Shown here: one piece after another, positions 40,670 through 53,108 of the stretch
How positions within the stretch are numbered: the first letter of the stretch is position 1
Layout: the number at the start of each line of letters is the position of its first letter
DNA from: Octopus bimaculoides
Lineage: Eukaryota
Direction: 5' to 3'
DNA: 64,000 nt
NCBI RefSeq assembly: GCF_001194135.2
Contig: NC_068992.1
Location: 11,310,146-11,374,145, forward strand
Program-made: the position numbers and the translations under genes
The notes under the pieces: model-generated
Seen by the model: only the letters and a program-made list of their open reading frames with translations
What the model was told of the DNA's origin: nothing
The model's database searches: none

Positions 40670-40954
40670 AATATACATATTTATATATATATATGTGTAT
40701 ACACATACCATAATATATTTATATGTATATATATATAAATAGGAACCTGTTATTACTGTAGTAACTATGTGCAGTGTGTGTATATTAATAGTAATTATAT
40801 TAATAGTAATTANNNNNNNNNNNNNNNNNNNNNNNNNNNNNNNNNNNNNNNNNNNNNNNNNNNNNNNNNNNNNNNNNNNNNNNNNNNNNNNNNNNNNNNN
40901 NNNNNNNNNNNNNNNNNNNNNNNNNNNNNNNNNNNNNNNNNNNNNNNNNNNNNN

Positions 40955-40992
<38 letters not shown>

Positions 40993-42335
40993 AATAGGAA
41001 CCTGTTATTACTGTAGTAACTATGTGCAGTGTGTGTATATTAATAGTAATTATATTAATAGTAATTATATTAATAGTAATTATGTTTTTGAAATCACTAC
41101 CAAGAAGAGCAAAGCTGGCATATTCTTCGGAATTTTCATTTTATATTCAGAACAATTTAAAGTTTGATGTTCTTCCCTTGCTGCAATTCTCCTAATGATG
41201 AAATGCAGAGTTGATCTTTGTTTAGATTATTTAAATTTGTTTAAAACTAACAAAGATCAACTTTGCATTTCATCATTGTGTCAGAGTTAATAAACTGTTC
41301 ACAAGTATTGTAATTTCTAACGCTGGCCCAAGGCCACAAATTTGTTGAAATAACAATCAATTGAATTAAACTCAGAATATTACCATTGAATGTTTTTACC
41401 TTTTTATCAAAACTTTTTATGTTTTGTAAAAACACAAAATTCTGAACAGTTTGATCTTTGTCCTCATGTGCCATATTTATGTATCTGCTCTCAGCTGGGA
41501 ATTTAACTCACAAATCTTATTTTCACTCTCATCAACAGTCTTATCTACAACATCACGATCCCACAGGACAGTTATATGTAAATTTATCTTCTATTTAAAC
41601 TCTTTCTCTGTAATGGTAGCCATTTTAAGTTGAACTTTGTACTTGGCTTGCTGATTAGATTCCGTGTTTTATCTTTGGTAGCTTCCGCTGTAGTTCTTAG
41701 TAAATAATGAAAGAACTATGGTAGGAAATTTATTCCCAAAGTGCTATTTGATTTACATCACCAGGCATCGTCAGTGTTGGCAACGTCAGCAGCTGTGGTA
41801 CTGGAGATGGTACTGCTGTTGTCATCGTCATCATCATTATCATCATCATCATCATTATCATCATCATCATCATTATCAATGTTTTTATGTCTACTTTCCA
41901 ATGCTTGCATGAGTCAGATGGAATTAATTGAGGCAGATTTTCCACAACTGGATGCCCTTCCTGTCACCCACCAATGAGACACAGCCCGAGCCCATGCCAG
42001 ACAGAAGCAGGACTGATGCCACACTTTCGGCAAGACAACCGCAGGAGGAACACCTAGCCAAAGACAATCCCCTCCCCACACCTGGCCCTCGATGACATGA
42101 AGAAAGTCCCCAACAGGATCCCCCAATCCCCCATTCAGGGGTCATGGCTATCCATGGCCAAACATGTTTTCATGAAAGGTTGAGAATGAAGAACATTGCA
42201 TCTATGTTGATGATCCCTGTTTATGATTGCTGCATAGTGTCAACACACATGAACACATGCATTCACATACACACATGCATACATACTCACATACATACAT
42301 TCATACATCCACACACACATACATACACATGCATG

Positions 42336-42369
<34 letters not shown>

Positions 42370-43544
42370 CATACATACACACACACATGAATATACATAC
42401 ACACATACATAATGCTTGCATACTCATAGGCATGAAATGATATATGCGTATGTGTGTGTGTGTGTGTGTGTGTGCATGTGTACATATGTAAATATATACA
42501 TGTATCTATAAAGATATATGTGTGTATGTGTGTCTATCTATCTATCTCTCTATCTATCTGTGTGTGTGCATGCATGTGTGTGTGTACATGTGTGTGTGTA
42601 CGTGTATTGAACATGCTTCAGTTTCTGTCTATCACATCCACTCACAAAGCTTTGGTCAGCCTGAAGCTATAGTAGAGACACTTGCCTATAGTAGAGACCC
42701 AAAACAATTATATTATAAACTTTTTATGTGCAAAGTAAGCCACTTCAGGTTGACCTCTGCTCCTGCTTTGTTGATTAGATTCCATGTTTTTTATCTTCTG
42801 TAGCTTCCACCGTAATGCTTCTGAAGAATTGCAGAAACTATAACAGGAAACTTATTCCCAGAATGGGATTTAATTCCAGTTACCATGCAATAAGAAGGAA
42901 GCTGACTGAGTTATTGGAGTGTCTACATGTTCTGTGTTCAAATTACACTAAAATCAACATTGGCATTCATGACATTGGGGTCATCAAATAAAGTAATGAC
43001 TACAGGATAGTGGATTGGTGGAGCTGTTATAGGGGCATGTGAGATGCTTTATGGTACCTGATCTGGTCCTGTGCATTCTCTGAGTTCAAATCTCACCTAA
43101 TGTTGTCATCATCATTTTTGTTGTTTTCCTTTTAACATTTGCATTTTCATGCTTGCTTGCATGGATCTGACAGAATTTGTTGAGACAGATTTTCTACTGC
43201 TAGATGCCCCTTTCTGTTTGATACCTGTCTCCAAGTAAGTTGATATTTCTGCTTGGCTGGACATATATTTATGGAAGAATGAAACTGAAGGACACCACTT
43301 GTCCACTTGTATGACGATGAAACTCATTTACAGCAGCTAATTTTTTTTTCTCTCCGTGTTTCTTTCTGTGTTCCTTTCAGTTGAAGAGCGTAGACTCGAA
43401 ACATTAAAGACTTTCTCTATTCCAGAGCGTTATACTAATACATCNNNNNNNNNNNNNNNNNNNNNNNNNNNNNNNNNNNNNNNNNNNNNNNNNNNNNNNN
43501 NNNNNNNNNNNNNNNNNNNNNNNNNNNNNNNNNNNNNNNNNNNN

Positions 43545-43589
43545 TCCAAACCGGTCCAAACCGGCTCTTCACTAATCATGGGGCCACTG
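43545..43589. mobile_element. Probable hAT-like terminus
   Basis: ccaaaccgg x2 followed by ...gggccactg (reverse complement begins CAGTGG); abuts a gap, so the TSD cannot be tested. Confidence 0.35.
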
Positions 43590-44012
43590 CACAACATTTT
43601 GGATAAATGTCTTATAGTACAGCTCTGGGTCAAATCAAACTATGTGAAAGAAATTGGGCAGAAGGAAACCATTGGACAGATGGATTGTATCTCTTATTAG
43701 TTGTTAAACTCCAGCTATCTCCTACTTTAATACCTGGCCTCATCACTGTAATTGTTTTTAATGCCTATTTTTCTATGATTTCATAGATCAGATGAAATTC
43801 ATCAAGGAAGATCTTTTATTTATGGCTGGATGCTCTTGCTGTCACCATCCCTTTCGTGTTTCCATGCAAGGTAATATTTTTCAACACAATGGCCAGACGT
43901 GTTTCCACAGAAGACTGCAAACAAACGGCACCAATTGTATCATGGTGACATTTGTTTACAATTAATGCAGCATGTCAAAACAAGAATACACACATACACA
44001 CACACACACGAC

Positions 44013-44172
44013 AGGCTTCTTTCAGTTTCTGCCTACTAAATTCACTCACAAGGCCTTCGTTGATCTGGAGCTATAGTAGAAAACACTTGCCTAAGGGGGT
44101 CACACAATGGGACTGAACCCAAAGCCATGAAATTGCAAAGCGAACCTTTTAACTGTATGGCCATGACTGCAC
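44013..44172 (-). mobile_element. Family A SINE 5' half
   Basis: ctatagtagaaaacacttgcctaagg...gggactgaaccc. Similar minus copies at about 42615-42700, 50600-50700, 53210-53360, 60830-60985 and 63605-63750; plus copy at 51683-51850. Confidence 0.8.
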
Positions 44173-44855
44173 TTATTAGGATAATATAATGTCTTGATGT
44201 GTTACTTCTTAATTACAGTGATCTCTGAATTATGTTTTCTTCCTCTCTTTCCAACCCATCAGTGTTAGTGGCCCTACATAAGACAGAGTGCATTGACCTT
44301 TCATCTCTAACTAAATCATAAAAATGAGACCAACAAAATACATGTCAATTACAAAGAGATCTTGTTGTTTCTAGCCATGACTACACTTGCCTAGGATGTG
44401 TATTTACAAGTAGGTGGACAAAACCTGTGAAAGTTTTAGAGTTTTTAGCCAGGGAAACAATGTAGCTGCCAACGATGCAAACTGTGAATTGTTCGAGTGG
44501 GAGGATATCAGCTGATTAATTTGGACAGCTGTAGCTTTTGTTTCAGTACAAAACATACAAAACAGGAAACTGAAAGAAGAGTTTGTTTGATTCAACAATT
44601 AACCATATATAATTAATTCCCATGTTTAAAATATGTTAAATGGGTATATTCAAACAGTTGTAACAATGACAGGAAATAAAAAAAAAGAATCTACACAGTA
44701 ATCAATTATAACTCTTTTGTAGCCATATTACTACTGAGAAACACTATATACGATTTCAATTAGTTTTGAAAATAATCAAGTATTTGGAGGGATTCACTAA
44801 AATAATTAACTTCTTTATAAAGCTTGTAATTATACAACTAGATAGAAGATATTTA

Positions 44856-45073
44856 CCGTATTTTCCGGTATACAAGTCAAATTCTTCAGATTAAAATTTA
44901 TAGTTTAAAAAGAGGTAGGTTGACCTATACAACAAAATGACTTTAAGTGGACCAAAAACTTCATATAAAATGCAGTAAGATTTGGAAAGCTAGTGATGAT
45001 GTTTGCAAGTTCACATTCTATTTTTTCTCTAGATACTAAGTCAACTTGTATGCCAGAAAAAAAAAAAAAACAG
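44856..45073. mobile_element. pogo/Tigger-like MITE
   Basis: TA|ccgtattttccggtatacaagt ... acttgtatgccagaaaa(A)n cag|TA: degenerate terminal inverted repeats, TA at both ends, 218 bp with no ORF. Confidence 0.7.
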
Positions 45074-45574
45074 TAGATAAAATTATAGAAGGTTTCAGTT
45101 CAAAGCAAGGGCGTTTGTTGTATGCGTGTCATTGCTTAACTCTGATCAAAAAGGCTTTTTATGAAAAGTGTCCCAACTTTGACTGTCCTTTATTCAGAAC
45201 TGCATTCAGGACTATTTTATCTGATGGAAATCTGGCTTCTCCTCCTAATAGGACAAGCAATTATCTAGAGCAGTTGTGTTTCACTTGTGTTCCATGAGTC
45301 GTGACTACCTGTGTTTTTACCCTTTCTGCTCTCAACAATAAATGAAGAAACAGAAATAACACGCTTTAATGAGACACATTACCTTAAGAAATGAATAACT
45401 TAAAACTTGAATTTAGCCATTAACCACTTCGACAACTTATCAGAAGACAACAGTTTAAATGTTATGCCCCACGCATGGTTTTGAAAAGGTTATTATTTCA
45501 CAGGAAACTTCTGAGATTCACTGAGGAAGTAAACAAAAGTAAAATCAGTAAAATGTTTATCTAAACTGCATATC

Positions 45575-46040
45575 AAAATAGAACCGGAGGAGGCAGACCA
45601 AGACTCATTGTGTGTGTATATATATATATATATATGATTGCAAGATCTCTGTTCTTCATCCAAACCAGAGGAAGCAGACCTAAATAATATATACGGTTTC
45701 AAAAATCTGCTTTATGTCAAACCACAAGAGGCAGGCCCAAATAATCATACACAAGTGCAAAATTCCTGCTTTTGTCAAATCAGAGAAGGCAGACCAAAAC
45801 TAATTATATCATCAAACCAAGAAGTTAAGCCCAAATTATATATATATATATATATATATATAGTTGCATAATCACTGTTCTTTGTCAGAATCAGAGGTAG
45901 ACCAAAAACTGATTATCTATATATGGTCGTAAGACTTGAGTTCTTTGTTAGACCAGAGAAGACAGACTAAAAACATCATTTATGGTTGTGGATTTTTATT
46001 TTGTGTTGAACTAGAAGAAGCAGACAAAAATTAATTCAAT
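45575..46040. repeat. Degenerate minisatellite, period about 60 bp
   Basis: About 8 units with core tttgtcaaaccagaggaggcagaccaaaa and variable AT-rich linkers; two more units at 46860-46985. Confidence 0.8.
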
Positions 46041-46230
46041 TTCACACACACACACACACACACACATTGCCCAAAGAAATGAATGCATGAACATGATCTA
46101 CCCGATGTCCATGGATACTATGAACTGTATAGTAATCATCCCAGGAATATGGACTGTGATCATAAGAAATAGATAATTTGTAGAAGCATGCAAAGTGATG
46201 CATTAAGATATTTATAAATTCCATCCAAGG

Positions 46231-46261
<31 letters not shown>

Positions 46262-46263
<2 letters not shown>

Positions 46264-46428
46264 CATCATCATCATCATCATCATCGTTTAACGTCCGCTC
46301 TCCATGCTAGCATGGGTTGGACGATTTGACTGAGGACTGGTGAAACCGGATGGCAACACCAGACTCCAATCTGATTTGGCAGAGTTTCTACAGCTGGATG
46401 CCCTTCCTAACGCCAACCACTCAGAGAG
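46262..46428 (-). mobile_element. Family B young copy, 5'-truncated
   Basis: About 3 differences from the copy at 63817-64000. Confidence 0.9.
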
Positions 46429-47567
46429 TAATATTATTATTATATTTGAAGGTAGTGAGCTGGCAGAATCGTTAGCCATCCAGACAAAATACTTAGCGGT
46501 ATTTCATCTGTCGCTACATTCTGAGTTCAAATTCCACCGGGGTCAACTTTGCCTTTCATCCTTTCAGGGGTCGATAAATTAAGTACCAATGAAACACTGG
46601 AGTTGATGTAATTTCAGCTCTTGTGCCTTTAGTAGAAAGGATTATTATTACTATATTCATTCTACATTACATCAGCACAGCTTGTTGTGACCCAAAAAAA
46701 ACTGATATTGCCAGTTGGCATCATTAGGTTGCAGCCAGCATAATAGGAGTTTTTATATGCATAGTCCAAACATTTCCCCCATAAACGAACTTGAAGGAAA
46801 GAAAGAAGGAAGGATGGACGGACGCACACACGCACACACACACACACACACATACATAGATATATGGTTGCAAGCTCATTATTCTATGTAAAACCAGAGA
46901 AGTTAGACAAAAACCTCATATATGGCAACAAAGGGTCTATTTTGTGTGACACTAGAGGAGGCAGGCTGCAACATCGTGTATGACTGTAAGCTCTATATTC
47001 CCGGTCATCCTTGACCTCCATAGAACACACTTAATATCTACGGAAAGTGAGTGTTCATTATGGAAAAATACTTTTCTTTTTTTTTTTTTTGTATAAAATC
47101 TCAGGCTTAAGGGGACTTAACTAAATAGTGCAGTGTAACCACGACCTGCTACTGAATCATATGAGTGAATAAAGCAAGATTTAGAGTACTGATCACATAA
47201 CTGGATCACAGTGACTGCTACACACACAAACAACTGGACCACATTCAACAAGAGACAACCAGCTGATTAGTGAATGCTCCAACCACAAACTAACCTTAAC
47301 CATGAACTTGCACACATACTGTTCTATTCTTCTTGGTCTCTTCTACTGTTACAACACTCTCTGATCATCTAAACAGGTTGTTCTCACTCAACCTGCTAGA
47401 AATAGCAGCTAAATCTTTCTCATAACATACTATATCTTAAAACAAATGAAGATGTTAAATAATGTATACACACACACAGACACATGTGTGTGTGTGTGTT
47501 AGGTTATATGTACAAAAAGAAGAGAACACAGGAGGGACAAGAGTTTAATGCTTAAAAAAGAAGGAAA

Positions 47568-47607
47568 AGAGTCTTGATATTTCAGACACTAGCCCTTCAT
47601 CAGAAAA
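47568..47607 (-). ncRNA. Decayed hammerhead remnant related to the 52865 motif
   Basis: Plus strand agagtctt..tttcag..cccttcatcaga mirrors agagtctt..gtttcag..cccttcatcgga at 52862-52910. CTGATGA and GAAA are retained, stem III is disrupted. Confidence 0.45.
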
Positions 47608-47781
47608 AAATTAAAAGATGTAAAAAGGAAGTGGGAAAAATAAAAAGAGATATGTGTATGAGTGAAAAAGCAATTGAGTTTAGTGACAGGAAGCGTATCC
47701 AGCTGTAAAACAATGCATCAATAATATTCACATCTAACCCATGCTAACATAGAAAACAGACATAGAAAGGAATGAAAAGCA

Positions 47782-47837
<56 letters not shown>

Positions 47838-48292
47838 NNNNNNNNNNNNNNNNNNNNNNNNNNNNNNNNNNNNNNNNNNNNNNNNNNNNNNNNNNNNNNN
47901 NNNNNNNNNNNNNNNNNNNNNNNNNNNNNNNNNNNNNNNNNNNNNNNNNNNNNNNNNNNNNNNNNNNNNNNNNNNNNNNAAAGAGGAATTGGGAAATAGA
48001 TACACAGGGAAAATTACTTTCAACCAATATTGACTGTAGCTAATTGAATTACATCACCCCCACCATATACACTCAGACATAATATATTTTATATATACTC
48101 ACACACACACACACACCATATTTGAGGGCCCATATGATTTACTGTGTTTTTGGGGTTGTTTTTTTAGAAATACCAAAATGAAATCCCACCCCATGACTTA
48201 TATACATAAGCTGGGTCCTGTATGACATGTTTTAATGCATTAAAAACTCTTTTTCCTGAATATGCCCATGTATCTTTTATGCCATCAAATAC

Positions 48293-48345
<53 letters not shown>

Positions 48346-48416
48346 GCCAACATGTGTACATGTAGAGTGTCACAAATACTTTGGAAAACAAAAGACAATA
48401 TTAGTGTTAGCCTTAC

Positions 48417-49241
48417 CTCAAGCACAGGTCCTGCTCCAAGAATGGTTTGTTCTACCCCAGTAGCATGATTTCCTTTTTGACTTAATGCAGTTAAATGATG
48501 AAGAAGTAAGTTGGTACTTTCCGTTTTCCCTGAGCCTGACTCTCCAGATATCACAATACACTGGTTTTTCTTAGTCCGTAACATTGTGGAAAAAGCAGCA
48601 TCGGCAATAGCAAATATGTGAGGTGGCAAATCTCCCAGCCATTTATACTGATACATTTTAACATATTTGGGGTTGTAAATTGGAAAAAATTTAAAAGGAT
48701 TCACTGCTATCAAAATTGATCCCACATAGGTGTAGATGTTTCCATTATAAAACCTCGCCTTGATGTTATCTAACAATGTCTTCTCATTCAAATCTGGCAA
48801 ACTACACAAATCCGGGTACTCCTTGTTGCTCGTCGGTTGCTTCAGGAATGTTGTAAGAAAAGTATCGACAGGGCTAGCATGTCTGTTATCTAACCAAGAA
48901 AGACTTCGACTAGAAAAATCAACATCTTTTTTCCTTATATAAAATCGGTAGCCAGTTGTGCCCTGATTCGAATAACTGTCCTCGTTGAGTACTTTAGGCC
49001 ATAGTAGCTGGATGCGGACTGGGTTCTCAGTGGCATCCACGCATCTTTCTTTGCACAACTGACCACCAGAACAAAAGACTTCGGCAACTTCAAAATTTTC
49101 AGGGTTGCCCAGTTTTAACTTTTTAACAGCCATCTTGATGACGTCGGCTGCCAGGGTGGTTTTCTCTGCCTCCACCGTGATAAAGTCATTTTCGAGGCTC
49201 AGCTGCCCCGTATAGAGGCAAATGCCATGTAGATCCATCAT
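48417..49241 (-). CDS. MYO9: Unconventional myosin IX (MYO9A/MYO9B-like), first coding exon: RA domain plus N-terminal motor domain
   Basis: 275 open codons. The RA-like N-terminus HGICLYTGQLS...TTLAADVI aligns without gaps to the myosin IX pattern HTLRIYPGAIS...STAAEVI. It continues DLCSLPDLNEKTLL, IYTYVGSILIAVNPFKFFPIYNPKYVKMY, P-loop GESGSGKT (48545-48522) and HHLTALSQKG...GVEQTILGAGPVLE, followed by a phase-0 donor GAG|GTAAGG (GT at 48416-48415). An in-frame TAA lies upstream of the ATG. The second ATG (49238) has the better Kozak context. The ORF-track tail beyond VLE is intron. Confidence 0.96.
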
Positions 49242-49410
49242 CTGGATGAGTTTCTTCGTATCTACAAGAGCCGATTGATTTTATCTTTCCACCGATGAGA
49301 TGCCAAAGACATCTTCAAAGGACTCTTTTCATTTGTTTTATCTTGAAATTTAATTACTGGCATCATATTTATATTCCTCAAGAACTCCTCAGTGCTTCTC
49401 TCATTAGGAC
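49242..49410 (-). other. 5' UTR part of the Myo9 exon, with splice acceptor
   Basis: Polypyrimidine tract and AG (ttgtttgtttcttgtcttattttccag|GTCC, AG at 49412-49411) 169 nt upstream of the ATG; implies at least one further upstream non-coding exon. Confidence 0.75.
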
Positions 49411-49780
49411 CTGGAAAATAAGACAAGAAACAAACAATTAGATACATTGTGTTATGGAAATATATCACACGTCATCAAAGCATTTCATTGCACGTCAAAT
49501 AAAAGACAACATTATCAATACAGCCAATAAGTTGGGTTTTTCTTTTTTTTTTATGAAGAAAAAAGATTGGTTGCCATGGCAAAATAAGAAACTTCTCCAT
49601 GCAATTTTTTCCTCATTACTCTCCCCAACCTCTTCCAAATCTATCCACTCTTGCCAAAGACAGACTCTTAACTGGGGACTGAAACAAGAACTGAAAGCTT
49701 TGAATGCCCCAGCAACTTAAAACAATACCAAAACAGATGTAGATATCACACAGATTTTATCACATAAGTATTTCTTCTAC

Positions 49781-49812
<32 letters not shown>

Positions 49813-49956
49813 TATATNNNNNNNNNNNNNNNNNNNNNNNNNNNNNNNNNNNNNNNNNNNNNNNNNNNNNNNNNNNNNNNNNNNNNNNNNNNNNNNNNNN
49901 NNNNNNNNNNNNNNNNNNNNNNNNNNNNNNNNNNNNNNNNNNNNNNNNNNNNNNNN

Positions 49957-50031
<75 letters not shown>

Positions 50032-50552
50032 TATATCCACACGCACAGGTATGAAAGAAGTATTTAATTATTCCTCTGTCATGTCATTCTCCGTGAAGTA
50101 CTGGTATTCTCTTCTAAATTTTCTTTAATTACCATTAATTAGATGAGTCGGGTCATCTAATGTAGTTCTCTCACCTAATTTTCGTCACACCAAACCAATA
50201 TCTGACGTTTTGTGATGGCAGACTTTTTCTTGACTGTCACACACATTCTTTAACCACATTCTTTAAAGAGAAGGAAGGGACTTTGTCACTTGTTCTTTTT
50301 CTGGTTTCCGTCTTTGGACTGTGACCGTTTTAGCACACTGCCCCCATGCATCTTTGGCATGGTCCTGTGGCCATGACGAGATGCCATCTTTTAAGGGCGT
50401 CTGTTAGTTATATTCATTCCAGTGTTTCATTTTTGGTGCTTATTTTATCCACCTCGTAAGGGATGACATGCAAGTTAATGTTGGCATAGAGGGATGTAGC
50501 TAGGATGGAACTTAATACCACTCTAATTTCAGTGTGTGCAAATACATGCACG

Positions 50553-50599
<47 letters not shown>

Positions 50600-50803
50600 T
50601 ATGGGCTTCTGTACAGTTTCTTGGCTACCTAAGGTTTCATGCAGTAGGAGTCAAACTCAGAACTATACAGTTCGTAACCACACACAGCCATATTTCATCC
50701 TTTCAAGGTCTATAAGTATCAGTTGAGAGCACTAGGGTTGATGTATTTGGCTTGCCCCCTATCCCAAAATTACTAAGTTTTATCCCAATAGTAGAAAGAA
50801 TTG

Positions 50804-50837
<34 letters not shown>

Positions 50838-50843
50838 GTGTGT

Positions 50844-50885
<42 letters not shown>

Positions 50886-51855
50886 CAGATGTTACACTAA
50901 TATACTTCTAGGTGTTTTTTCTGTATTTTTTTTTTAATACAGAGATTTAAGACACCTAATCAAGAAATATTTGATAAGATATTATATAGCTAGTTATAGA
51001 ATTACCAAAATCTCTCAGTATATCTTATCAAAAGAGGAAGTGAGCATCATGGTCTTTTAATCTTGAAATATGTTTTCGTTTGCAAATATATCATAAGCAG
51101 TGTTTGTATAAATAAATTTTTGTTTAAATTTAATCTTTATATATTGCAACTGAAGAAAATAATTCCCCCCACACCCATCTCCTAAATATGTCCTTTACAA
51201 AAAAATTTTTAAAAATGGAAAGTTTGTTGCCACAGCTTAATTAGTATACACATATATTAACATAACCAAGACATTTAAAACACATAAAAACAAACCAGCG
51301 AGGGAACATTTGTCTGCAGGTCTCAAACCTTTTGTAGTTCAGCACACATGCCCTTCACCAAATAGTATTTTGCAAAATGTTCGCTGCGCATGTTTTGTAT
51401 AATATCAAAAATGCAAATTTTGCACAGAGGTTTATTATTCACGTTTTTGTACTATTCCATTTAGCATGTGCCTCTCTTTAGACATTTTCATGGATTAGTG
51501 ACCGTTTATTGAATTGTTATGGAAATTACTAAACAGAAAGAGAGAAGACTTATAGAGCAAAATTTTACCGGAATCTGGCACATGGTCAGTCATGCTTAAT
51601 GCTTATTGGTAATACAATATCCTATTCATGTTCTAAACCCAACAAAGATTTTTCCTGAAAATGTGTTTAAAATGTTAGAGGTACAGGTGTGGCAGTGTGG
51701 TAAGAAGTTTGTTTCCCAGTCACATGGTTTCAGGTTCAAGTCCTATTGTATGGCAATTTGGATAACCATCATCTTTCACTATAGACTCGGGCTGACAAAA
51801 GCCTTATGAGCAGATTTAATAAATATAAACTGAAAGGAGCCCATCATGTGTGCAC

Positions 51856-52040
<185 letters not shown>

Positions 52041-52125
52041 AAGTGTGTATGTGTTTGTGTGTGTCATTGTCTCTGTCTCAGCATCATGTGAGATATTGCA
52101 CAAATTATCACCACTTATCTCAATA

Positions 52126-52823
52126 ATGGAAACACAAACAACTATCCTACAGGAACTGAAAAAAACAATTGACAGATAAGCAAAGTATATGTACAAATCT
52201 ACAAATCTCCATTCAGAAATCAAAGATTTATCTGAGACCCTATCAGAAGTGGTAAAAAAAATCCAAGAGATAGCCTAACACAGCCAGCATGGATACAGGA
52301 ACTTAACAAAACAAATTTAGAAAATGAAGCCTATCGAAAAAGAAAACTAATTTGGATGACATGGAAAAAACATTTTAATATACGTAAACGGAATTTTTGG
52401 AAGACGTACAAATGTAAAAAAAGAAAAGCTGAGATATACACAGATTGGATTGAGTCAGACATACGCATACTTCCCCGTAAATTCTTAATTAAAGAAATTA
52501 TAGAACCAGAGGAAGCAACAAAACTGAGATGGGTACTGATTATGTTAAAATTGAGGACAGACATCTATATCAATCTAAATAAAGAGTATCGATTCAAGAT
52601 AAAATACAAAACGGTGGACAATATTATCAAGGCAATATTGAAAATAGCCACAGGAAATATAGCTAAGAAAATGAAAGAGATGTGTGTTAAAGATATTACA
52701 AAAGAAGAAAGTAAAAACGTGAAAACCAGACTATATTTTAATTTTATTCAAATGATATTCTATACACATTCACACAAATTCGAAACAAAATATATACATA
52801 TATATATCATCATCAAAGGATAA
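52126..52823 (+). pseudogene. Decayed retroelement ORF, resembling the N-terminal region of Penelope-like element ORFs
   Basis: Coiled-coil-like start (METQTTILQELKKTID*...SEIKDLSETLSEVVKKIQE) with a stop and a frameshift, then an open frame from 52236 with W..HFNIRKRNFW..Y..W......LPRKFLIKE...EE...R motifs. Assignment to PLE is from recall and from adjacency to a hammerhead. Confidence 0.5.
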
Positions 52824-52864
52824 AGAGAACAATGGTAAAGTTAGAAATATATTTTATGGATAGA

Positions 52865-52913
52865 GTCTTACAGCTGTTTCAGGGAAGATCCAATGCATCC
52901 CTTCATCGGAGAC
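52865..52913 (-). ncRNA. Minimal type I hammerhead ribozyme motif with U4C core change
   Basis: Minus strand reads GTCT-CCGATGA-AGGGA(12 nt)TCCCT-GAAA-C(AGCT)G-TA^AGAC: 4-bp stem I, 5-bp stem II, palindromic stem III (ACAGCTGT), GUA triplet. Confidence 0.75.
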
Positions 52914-53108
52914 AGAAATAGTAGAGGAATCGATTATTATATCTATGTTCTCTTTATCCTTTTCTCTATTTATACATACACACGCTGATACACGACTTAT
53001 AATCCCCAATCCTGTTTATACAACGATTGGGGCATACCTAGCCGGTATACAGCACTTACTCGGTCTTACCTGTATCTTTGGGTTTGGTTAAATCCAATAC
53101 CCTCCTTA

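Noticed and set aside
40720-41065. Exact duplication of about 90 bp around the gap at 40813-40954
   Set aside because: Same gap-flanking pattern; likely an assembly artefact.
41585-41710. Minus-frame FFHYLL resembling myosin NYHVFYYLL
   Set aside because: Preceded by a stop, flanking residues do not match, no splice sites, and it is part of a diverged repeat pair.
45575-46040. Repeat-spacer appearance suggesting a CRISPR array
   Set aside because: Eukaryotic context, repeats too divergent, linkers mutually similar and no cas genes.
50138-50161. 9-bp perfect inverted repeat attagatga/tcatctaat
   Set aside because: Short and AT-rich; such hairpins are expected by chance in 64 kb.
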